Positions 1-9,345 of a stretch of DNA of 64,000 nucleotides are shown here, piece after piece. Below the pieces are notes generated by a model. It did no database searches and was not told the DNA's origin. It was given only the letters and a program-made list of their open reading frames with translations. Position 1 is the first letter of the stretch; each line of letters opens with the position of its first letter. Source of the DNA: Macrostomum lignano (lineage: Eukaryota); NCBI GenBank assembly GCA_002269645.1, contig NIVC01001666.1, positions 124,001-188,000 on the forward strand, given 5' to 3'. Made by a program: the position numbers and the translations under genes.

Positions 1-289
1 TACATGCTGGTATGCATTTTGTAAATTGTGGTGTACTTTGTGTACATTTCGGTGTACATTGTAATTTGCATTTAGTCCCATATTTTAGATTCTCAGTTTT
101 ATATGTGCAAATAGTTGAGCAAAGTTAGAAACTTGAGCTGCACAATTATTAAAACACATTGATTGCGTGCAAAGTGTACAGAAGTCTAAACTACAAGGTT
201 CCAGTACATTAAAAAAGTACATTAGGTAAGCATACTCTTGAAATTCACACCGTTTAAAAAGCGGCTAAAACGTACACAGAGCTAAAAGC

Positions 290-520
290 ACATCACTTAA
301 AGTACATCCAGAAAGTACATTCATAAAGTACAGCCAGAAAGTATACTCATTATAGTACATTCATTAAAGTACACCCACAAGTATATTCATTATAGTAAAT
401 TCATTAAAATACAGCCAGAAAGTATACTCATTATAGTACATTCACTAAAGTACAGCCTGAAAGTATACTCATTATAGTACATTCACTAAAGTACATCCAG
501 AAAGTATATTCATTAAAAGT
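290..520. repeat. Degenerate ~40-bp tandem repeat (AAAGTATACTCATTATAGTACATTCA-type), probably intronic in the CROT-like gene
   Basis: Recurring aaagtac/aaagtatactcattatagtacattc motifs read directly from the sequence. Confidence 0.7.
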
Positions 521-604
521 GCATCCGATTAAACGCGAAAATTTAAACTTCGCATCACTGCAAAAACTAAAGCTCCTTAACCCCCTTCCCCAGAAATCTC
601 GCAG

Positions 605-1096
605 CCCACTAGCACACCTGGCTCTTAGCTCGTTGTGCCGATCGTGCGCCGCCAAGATGGCCGTCCGCGCCTCCGCCGTGGCCGCACCGCCGGCCGCTGT
701 CACAGCCCGGCACATGGCCACCGCCTCCGCCGTGCATGACCGAATGGTCTCGGTGCGACCCCGATGAAACTGCCTGGTAGTGGCCGTCTGGTAGGTCGGC
801 GCTGGCCTGCCGCCGTGGGCGCGCCAATAGGCCAGCTGCAGAGCCAGCTGCACCACCGTGTCCGGGTGCAGCCGCAGTCTGCGCAACTCCGACCGGCCGA
901 AATCGTTGAACTCGTGCGGCAGAGCGTCCAGACTGGCTCGTTGCGACGCGTTCTCGGCCAGCCCTCTGGACGACTCGACCATGAGATGGTTGTCAAGGAT
1001 TAAGCGAAGCTCGACTGGCACTGCCGGTGGGCCCGAGGCCGCCTCGCTGCTGTGGTGCCGCTCACATGGGTCCTCAGGGCCGCCCTCGATTCGGCC
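605..1096 (-). CDS. CROT: Carnitine O-acyltransferase (CROT-like), coding exon 3; 3' boundary uncertain (possible donor at 617); the gene probably continues left of the window
   Basis: Translation has ...DTVVQLALQLAY...TYQTATTRQFHRGRTETIRSCT, the family motif YETAxTRxFxxGRTETxRSCT. Phase-0 acceptor ccacccgcgcag at 1098-1097 matches the exon-2 donor. Confidence 0.85.
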
Positions 1097-1124
1097 CTGC
1101 GCGGGTGGGCGAGGTGCAATTTGT

Positions 1125-1790
1125 ACATGATCTAATCTGTACATGATCTAATCTGCACATGATTGAATCTGTACATGATCTAAACTGTACATGATCGAAT
1201 TCGTACATGATTGAATCTGTACATGATCGAATTATTACATGATCGAATCTGTACATGATTGAGTTTGTACATTATTGAATCTGTACATGATCGAATTTAT
1301 ACATGACATAAACTATACATACCCTAAACTATACATGACCTAAACTATACATACCCTAAACTATACATGACCTAAACTATACATGACCTAAACTATACAC
1401 GACCTAGACTATACATGACCTAGACTATACATGACCTAGACTATACATGACCTAGACTATACATGACCTAGACTATACATGACCTAAACTATACATACCC
1501 TAAACTATACATGACCTAAACTATACATGACCTAAACTATACACGACCTAGACTATACATGACCTAGACTATACATGACCTAGACTATACATGACCTAGA
1601 CTATACATGACCTAAACTATACATGACCTAAACTATACATACCCTAAACTATACATGACCTAAACCATACATGACCTAAACTATACACGACCTAGACTAT
1701 ACATGACCTAAACTATGCATGACCTAAACTATACATGACTTAAACTATACACAACCTAGACTATGCATGACCTAAACTATACACAACTTG
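1125..1790. repeat. 16-bp minisatellite (CTATACATGACCTAAA / TGTACATGATCGAATC) filling CROT intron 2
   Basis: About 40 tandem units occupy most of the 743-bp intron 1097-1839. Confidence 0.9.
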
Positions 1791-1839
1791 CACAGTCTAA
1801 ACTGTAAATTTTGACATCAACAATAGCAAGCAGCCTCAC

Positions 1840-2434
1840 CTGAGTCTTATAGATCTGGCCTTCAACATAGTAGGTCATCAGCGCGATAGTCATCCCGTCC
1901 ATAGGCGTGTGGCCGCAGTTATTCAGCCACACGCCATCACCGGTGACCATCAGGTTGCAGGACTTATCCGGCACCACAGATTGAATATCTCCGGTCAGGG
2001 CCAGTTCCAGCAGCCGCTTGTTGCTGCAGCCGCGCTCGTCCAACAGCAAGCTGAGCACGAATATTGCCTGCTCAACCAGGTCGAGATTGCGCTGATTAAC
2101 TGGACTGAGGCTGCCCAAATGCCGTCTCGCCTCGAACCAATCAGGCCGAGGAAGGCCGTACAGGCCGGACGCTGAACCGGCACTGGAGCTGGCATCGCCC
2201 ATCTCGCTGCTGTCAGCCGATGACTCAACAGTCTTCACCAGCCTATCCAGCTGCCTATAGTACTGAGCAACAGTGTAAGGCTGCTCAGCTTCATCCAACA
2301 GGTCTAGCGAAAACATGCGACCGCGGATTAGCACTAGAAAATGTCTGGGCGATGCGCCCTCGCTGCGAGGCCGGAAATGACTGGCCAGGGTGTCCGCCTG
2401 GCGGCCAGGCAACTGGCAGGATGAGAAGTAGCGC
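1840..2434 (-). CDS. CROT: CROT-like coding exon 2, containing the catalytic His region (NNCGHTPMDGM)
   Basis: RYFSSCQLPG..., IEQAIFVLSL and DKSCNL...GHTPMDG match choline/carnitine acyltransferases. Acceptor cgccgcag at 2436-2435 (phase 2) and donor CAG/GTGAGG at 1839 (phase 0). Confidence 0.9.
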
Positions 2435-2574
2435 CTGCGGCGGGGTGGGGGCGATGATGGCAGATCTGTATAGCTTGTTGGGGATCTCTGAAAGATTATG
2501 GACTCCTTAAGCATGGGATCTGTAAGATGAGGAATAATTTTCAAGGTATGCGATCTAGGGCGTGGGGTCTAGAG

Positions 2575-2819
2575 GTATGGGATCTGGGGTGTGGGGTCTG
2601 GGGTCTGGGTGTGGGTTCTGAGGTGTGGGGTCTATGGTATGGGATCTGAGAGTATGGGATCTGAGGGTATGGGATCTGGGGGTATGGGATCTGAGAGTAT
2701 GGGATCTGGGGGTATGAGATCTGAGGGTATGGTATCTGAGGGCATGGGATCTGGGGTATGGGATCTGAGAGTATGGGATCTGAGAGTATGGGATCTGAGA
2801 GTATGGGATCTGAGAGTAT
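2575..2819. repeat. 15-bp minisatellite (GGGATCTGAGAGTAT), left half of an array split by the transposon
   Basis: The same unit resumes at 13470-13640. Confidence 0.9.
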
Positions 2820-2860
2820 TCCGTATAGAAAATTTATGGTCACACTTTTCGGTTGTGACC
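2820..2860 (+). repeat. Left TIR with GGTCAC-N11-GTGACC motif pair
   Basis: Direct comparison with the reverse complement of 13429-13469. Confidence 0.9.
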
Positions 2861-3150
2861 GTGCCGTTACCCTGAAATGGTAACGGTGACTATTTTGTAA
2901 CCATTTTGTGACCGTTCCCCTATGGTCACGTATGTGACCGTGCTTTGTGACCGTGTCTTGTGAAGCGCCGAATGAGCGCCTAGAAATACATGGCCGGAAA
3001 ATCACATATAATGTGATTGTTAGCATATTGTTCAGTAGTTCAGAACTTCAATAGCCACTTGTACTTCACGTAGCTGCCTGTACCGTTAAAGCATGTATGG
3101 TCATTCCCTCTCTGTAACACTTTTGCGACCCTCGCTTCAGTGATCCACTG

Positions 3151-3783
3151 ATGGACCACTGGTCCCACGCAATATCGTGCGCCGTCTGTGCGGCACTAGA
3201 AGAGGAAAATCGGGTAATGCGGGCCGAATTGCACCGACTGCGAACCCCTGATCGAGCAACGTCACCTATGTTCGGTACATCCGCAAGTTTGCGTCGGAGG
3301 CGGGCAATAATGGAGTGTGATGAGCTGCCACCTACGCCAGTTATGGCGCTTGCATGGCCTTTCACTGCAGGGTCAGAGACCCAGGGCCCCGACGTCACCG
3401 CCGAAGACGGCGCATCTGAGACTCAGGGCCCCGACGTCACCGCCGAAGACGGCGCATCTGAGACTCAGGGCCCCGACGTCACCGCCGAAGACGGCGCATC
3501 TGAGACTCAGGGCCCCGACGTCACCGCCGAAGACGGCGCATCTGAGACTCAGGGCCCCGACGTCACCGCCGAAGACGGCGCATCTGAGACTCAGGGCCCC
3601 GACGTCACCGCCGAAGACGGCGCATCTGAGACTCAGGGCCCCGACGTCAACGCCGAAGACGGCGCATCTGAGACTCAGGACCCCGACGTCAACGCCGAAG
3701 ACGGCGCATCTGAGACTCAGGGCCCCGACGTCACCGCCGAAGACGGCGCATCGTCAACGGCTGAAGGCAGCAGCGTTGGGTAA
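3151..3783 (+). CDS. Transposon ORF1: CxxC + short coiled coil followed by nine 14-aa acidic repeats (SETQGPDVTAEDGA); function unknown
   Basis: ATG-initiated 210-aa ORF inside the element with an in-frame 42-bp repeat at ~3375-3750; CAVCAALEEENRVMRAELHRL looks like a heptad segment. Confidence 0.55.
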   Translation: MDHWSHAISCAVCAALEEENRVMRAELHRLRTPDRATSPMFGTSASLRRRRAIMECDELPPTPVMALAWPFTAGSETQGPDVTAEDGASETQGPDVTAEDGASETQGPDVTAEDGASETQGPDVTAEDGASETQGPDVTAEDGASETQGPDVTAEDGASETQGPDVNAEDGASETQDPDVNAEDGASETQGPDVTAEDGASSTAEGSSVG

Positions 3784-4122
3784 TAGATATGATACGTGTG
3801 CGCCGTCAGAGTATAATTGTTATGCCAGAGAATATGCATGCAGTTAATGAATGAATTCCTAGGAATATCTAAAGTCGTATCTGTGATTTGTAGCCGTACC
3901 TAATAATTTTTCTGCCTGTTTTGTGCAGCTTATTAATCACGAAATACACAGTAAAGTAAGGTGAACGCGTAAGCTTCCTTTCTGAATGCGTGTTTGTGTG
4001 TTCATTTGACTTTGCTCAACCATGCTTTGCTGCTCTGATTGTGCAAAGTGAGAATAGATGCCTTACTCTGAATTGCATAATGTCAACACTTAAACCCGCT
4101 CTGCAGTTTAACATGTGACAAC

Positions 4123-6938
4123 ATGAGCGACATAAATGATCTAAGTGATGACGAAAACGTCGACTCGGTGCTGGAGAGGGCGTGGCAGAAAGTGAAAACG
4201 CTTCAAAGACGGTCAAGAAATCGGCGTTTCCGAGAGCGCCGACGCCGTCTCCGAGAACAGCAGTTGCTGTTCAATCGGCGCCAACAATGGTTACACGGAC
4301 AAGTGCCTGGTGAGGCTGGTCCCAGTGGAGCCGCTGTAGCTGTTTCGGGTACGAGGAAAAGAAAGCGATCATCTAGCAGCAGCAGCAGCAGCAGCAGCGA
4401 GTCAAGCGCCAGTGACAGCGAGCCAAGCGCCAGTGACGGTGAGCCAGGCGCCAGTGACGGCGAGCCAGGCGCCAATGACGGTGAGCCAAGCGCCAGTGAC
4501 AGCGAATCAAGCGCCAGTGACAGCGAGCCAAGCGCCAGTGACGGTGAGCCAAGCGCCAGTGACAGCGAGTCAAGCGCCAGTGACAGCGAGTCAAGCGCCA
4601 GTGACAGCGAGTCAAGCGCCAGTGACAGCGAGCCAAGCGCCAGTGACAGCGAGCCAAGCGCCAGTGACGGTGAGCCAAGCGCCAGTGACGGCGAGCCAGG
4701 CGCCAATGACGGTGAGCCTAACGGCGTTGAAGGCGCCGCTGACAGTGGCGGCAGCAGCAGCGATGACGAACGTGCAACCGACGCAGCCAAGTTGCAGCGC
4801 CTCATTGATATGCCCGCCTATGAAGGTGCAACGCAGTCATATGCGACAATAGCGACACGCGTGCAGAAGCTAGCCATAGAGTTAAAGTTATCAGACAAGG
4901 ACATTCAAAAGTTGCTGTCCTACACGGGCAATATACTGCCGGAGAATGCAGCATTTCCGCACACGACGCATCGGTTGATTAAATTTCTTGAACTGACGCC
5001 ATTCTCCTACAAGAAGAGCACACCTGTTCTGTACTGTATGCTTTGCGAACACGCAATCGTTCCCAAGGAAGCAGTCAACTGTCCGTATTGTCGCGTCCGC
5101 ATTGTGCCTTCAGCTGTGGGAACATTCTGGCAAATGGACATACGCAGTCAATTGCGATTACTGATAGAAGATTGTCGCCTGCTTCGGCACGTAATTTTTC
5201 CGGTGGATCAGCCCGCTCACGCGAATCGGCTACACATGGGAAGCAGTGTTGCTTACGCTGAATTCAAGCGGTCGATTGATTTGGGTGCGCGAAGCGACCT
5301 CACCTACATTGTGTGTATTGACGGATTTCCTGTCTTTAAACGAGCAACAATGGAGCTCTGTCCGGTCTACCTGAGTATCAACGAGGTGACGGACAAAATG
5401 AAGAGCCGATTTGTACTTGTGTGTGGCGTATGGGCAGGCAAACGCAAATTGCGCTCTACGGCATACTTGCCGTGGCTGGTGGAGCAGCTTAAGTCATTGC
5501 GTTCCGAAGGTATCACATTCACACGCGGTGGTGGAGCCGACGGCAGGCAGTGTGGAACATTGCGATTTCATCCTTATATGTTTATTATGGACGCTCCGCA
5601 AAGAGCAGAAACTGAGTGCATACGGCAGTTCAACGCTGATACGGCTGCGAGATGTGCTATACCGTCACCTTGCACGACACAGACCGCGGAGGTAACGCTA
5701 GGATCTTCCCAGAGACACTTTCGGATGCCGCCCTACAAGCCGCAGTAAATGCGAACGTTACGCAGCTCAATGCGAGAAACTTGGCGGACACCGTCATGCT
5801 GGCCAACACGAAGCCCATTAGTCGTGAACACAATCTAGGCGTCGTGGGTCTATCACCGCTCTGTCGTCTAGAAGGCTTCGACTACGTGAGAGGCTGTCCG
5901 CCATGTTATTTGCACCAACTGCTGACTGGCTTGGTGCGCCGTATTTTTGAGCAGTTGTTCCTGCCTATCGGCAAGAAGCCATCAAGGCTGAGCGCCGCTC
6001 CGAATATGTCCAGGCATATCGCCGAAGTGGATGCTCGTCTCGCATCGCTGCACATCCCTTCGTCGCATCAAAGGAGGCCGCGCACAATGCACGAACTGGG
6101 ACATATCCGAGGACATGAACTGGAGACTCTGCTTCTGGTTTATGCTCCAATGGTTCTGGACGGTGTTCTTCCCAGGGACCACTTCGACCACTTCATGCTC
6201 CTTTCCTCCGGCATCTTTACGCTAGCCATGGAGGGTACGAGCCACGCGCAGATATTGCGAGCAGACGCAACTCTGAAGCACTTTTACAGGGCACTGAGTG
6301 CTCTATATGACGACACCATGCTGACGTTAAATGCACATCAAGTGGCTAAGCACTTCGGTATGGTTAGCATGCTATTCGGCCCTATTTACAGAGTTTCCGC
6401 TGGCCTCTTCGAATCCACGCATGGGAAATTGCGATCGAACATCCATGGAACGCGTCACGCCGCCATAAGGCTGGTGAAAGTAGTCACTCGCAAAGCAGCG
6501 ACTCGCTACCTCTTGTCACTGTTGGGCATTGAAGCGAAAGTCGTCGGCGCGCAGAGCAGATTTGATCTGCCCGCAACTACGACGCCTAATGGCGTGCGGC
6601 TGTTCCAAGACAGAGCAAGGCGTGTCTACACACGGCTCGTGCTGCCCGACGGCTGTGAATTGGAGGTATTCCGGCCGCAATTGCGCTTCACACGATACGC
6701 GTCCTGCTTCATTGCCTTTTCTGTCAACACCGTCGGCGAGTCTCTTCGCTTCGAGTTCGGCCGAATCGAGTCGATCTGTGTGGTGCAGGCACATGCGAAG
6801 CTGAAGGTGCGGCGACTGTTAACTGAGGAGTACATTGAGCCACGGGACAACCCGCTGTATCGGTTTTTTCGGAAGGCGCCTGCATGGCGGCTGTGCACTA
6901 CTGCATGTGCGACGACTGCTGCGCAGTCCTTTTGTTGA
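4123..6938 (+). CDS. EnSpm/CACTA-type DDE transposase (~940 aa if repaired), split by a 1-nt deletion at ~5640
   Basis: CxxC..CxxC (YCMLC...CPYC), IDGFPVF (D, 5320), MDAPQRA (D, 5590), QFNA/YGCEMC across the frameshift, RRPRTM, LLLVYAPMVLDGVLP, LTLNAHQ, GP..SAGLFES (E, 6411). N-terminus has a basic NLS-like stretch and a 21-bp SASDSEP repeat. Confidence 0.85.
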
Positions 6939-7318
6939 CGTGTCCCGGTTCTACTTTGAAGTCGATCCGATGGAGACTGCAGTAGTTCGGCCGTGCTACG
7001 TCTCGGACAGTCACGTGGCCTTCCTACCGCATTTGCAATTCTCTTACGCTGCATAGATCGATAAGGTATTGCCCAATAATTGTACGTATAAATAGTTTAT
7101 ACTATCTAGTATATACACCCGAAGCAGCTATATTTCTTGAAGTGTAACTGTATAATACGTATTCGATCGTATACGATCAGCGGTCAAACCCCATCCAAAA
7201 CACTTGCAGCGTTCGCGACTGCGTGGGGCCCAATAGGAAGCCTATCTGGCTATCAAAAGCAACTGCCCACCTGTACGGGAACTGGGCGCCCCCTCAGCGT
7301 CCAGACCCGTACAAGTGC

Positions 7319-7558
7319 ATGCGAGTGAGCGGTGGCGGTGGCGCCGACTCTGGCGGTGGCGCCGACTCTGGCGTCAGCAGGCCGGTTAATAAACGTATTT
7401 TGCAGTCGGAAAGTGTGCCGTCTCCGGTGTACAACCGTTCTATTAACGTCTGCGAGCATGAGGTTTACGTGAACAAATATTGGTACAATGATGGTATGAA
7501 CGACTTGCTGTCAGAGGCGGCAGAGGATGCCGAGGGGACCATAAATACCACTGTGTGA
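7319..7558 (+). CDS. Small transposon ORF (79 aa) or first exon (7319-7493) of ORF3
   Basis: TATAAATA at ~7088, ATG at 7319, GTATGA donor at 7494 in phase with the acceptor at 7929, AATAAA at ~7745. Confidence 0.4.
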   Translation: MRVSGGGGADSGGGADSGVSRPVNKRILQSESVPSPVYNRSINVCEHEVYVNKYWYNDGMNDLLSEAAEDAEGTINTTV

Positions 7559-7889
7559 CCTCCAGTACGGTGTAACAGTAATATTGTAATTGTATAACTA
7601 TATTTTACAATAATTGTAACAATAATACAACAATAATTTATATTGCTACTGCTGTTTCCGTGATCGGGTTTCTCGAACCACACTGAAGGTCCAGTAGTTA
7701 ATAAATTGTTAATTAAATAGTCGCTGTTCCTTCCGCTGTTTCAAATAAAATAATTTTAGTTTCTCGTTTTAGTTTTTCGTTTTAAATAATTTTAGTAACT
7801 TTTATAACACTAGAAAATTATACAGTGCTGTCACTGTTGGGATCAGTAATTAATCGGTAGGTATATATAACTACCCACTACGTAATTAC

Positions 7890-8966
7890 ATGTGCATTTT
7901 ACGCCACGCCTCCCCCTTTAAATTTCCAGCGCACACGGGCAACATAGAGCGCGAAGAGTTTGTTGTACAGCTGCTTATGCAGCTGTCTGCCGACATAGCC
8001 GGTTTACGGCTGGATGTGCGTCTGCTGACTGCGCAGCAGATGCAGCTAATGACCCGCCTATCGGCTCGACCGTGCCCAGTCGGCGACGCTGCCCAGCCGC
8101 CAGTCGGCGACGCTGCCCAGCCCCCAGTCGCTGCCCAGCCGCCAGTCGGCGACGCTGCCCAGCCGCCAGTCGGCGACGCTGCCCAGCCGCCAGTCGCTGC
8201 CCAGCCGCCAGTCGGCGACGCTGCCCAGCCCCCAGTCGCTGCCCAGCCGCCAGTCGGCGACGCTGCCCAGCCCCCAGTCGCTGCCCAGCCGCCAGTCGGC
8301 GACGCTGCCCAGCCCCCAGTCGCTGCCCAGCCGCCAGTCGGCGACGATCCGGATGTCGACGCAAGTGATAAATATTGCGAGCATTGCATCATCCTTCTCG
8401 ACAAGGGCAGCGATTGGCCAGAGGCATGGCACTCGATGCAGAGCAGCGACCCTGCTGTGCGTCAACTTAAAAATATTCTCCTTGACACAGAAAGTGACTT
8501 CCACGACGGCCTTCCCCAACCGAAAGCGATTTTTGCTGGCCGAGTCGCGCTGACTACGGCTCTCTGGTTCGTCGCTTTATATAAGCATGATGACGCCTAT
8601 CCCTGTGTCCGCAGTGTCGTAGACATCTACTGCGAACACGTGCGTGACACCGGCGTCGTCCGTACTGCTGGTCCTGGCCCGTCCAATAGTCGACAAGCTG
8701 AGTGGCGCTCGTTTCTTAATCAGAGCGAGAGACGCGTATGGGCAGCCGCCAAGAAAGCAAATATTCGACCGCCCGAAGAGACTCGCCGCGGCGCCTATGG
8801 CCAAATCCGAGGCGGTCGCTCCGCCAGCCTGCGTCGACTGGTCCGTGTAATAGCCGGTCTCATCGATTGCCGCTGGAACATTCATTATGCGTGCTTCGCA
8901 GACGCCTTTCTGGCGGTTTTATCGTGCTACTGGGACTTTGGTCCTGCTGTGTCACCAGCTAACTAG
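7890..8966 (+). CDS. Transposon ORF3: coiled coil, PVGDAAQP/PVAAQP repeats and a ~200-aa helical C-terminal domain of unknown family
   Basis: 358-aa open frame with non-repetitive C-terminus, GC-rich between AT-rich spacers, followed by AATAAA at ~9130. Confidence 0.65.
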   Translation: MCILRHASPFKFPAHTGNIEREEFVVQLLMQLSADIAGLRLDVRLLTAQQMQLMTRLSARPCPVGDAAQPPVGDAAQPPVAAQPPVGDAAQPPVGDAAQPPVAAQPPVGDAAQPPVAAQPPVGDAAQPPVAAQPPVGDAAQPPVAAQPPVGDDPDVDASDKYCEHCIILLDKGSDWPEAWHSMQSSDPAVRQLKNILLDTESDFHDGLPQPKAIFAGRVALTTALWFVALYKHDDAYPCVRSVVDIYCEHVRDTGVVRTAGPGPSNSRQAEWRSFLNQSERRVWAAAKKANIRPPEETRRGAYGQIRGGRSASLRRLVRVIAGLIDCRWNIHYACFADAFLAVLSCYWDFGPAVSPAN

Positions 8967-9345
8967 CTATATAGACTTCCATAGCTCTATGTCTGTGCCT
9001 GTCTACGCCGATATAGGGCGCACCCGTCTACGCCGATAGGGCATGTTATATATACAATTCTTCTTTGCTACTGTATATAACATCGTCATCCGGTGTTTAT
9101 AAAAAGTAAATATCTCCACTACTATTAATAATAAAAGCCGAATCCTGCTTCCTTACTTTTGTTTATTGGCCGGCGTATTTGTTGCTCATTTATTTCTCCG
9201 GTTCATTATACACCGTGTACCTGCGTAATATGTATATATACGAAAATATCCCATGTACTTAGGCTCCCGTTTGTCGTCACTAAATTCCCTTTTTACTACG
9301 ACGATCTGCCCCCTCGCCTTTCCAGGTCGTGATTAATTCTCTACT

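Noticed and set aside
4203-4852. Antisense and alternative-frame ORFs over the transposase, CROT, FoxC and Gypsy coding regions
   Set aside because: Shadow ORFs from GC-rich codon usage and in-frame repeats
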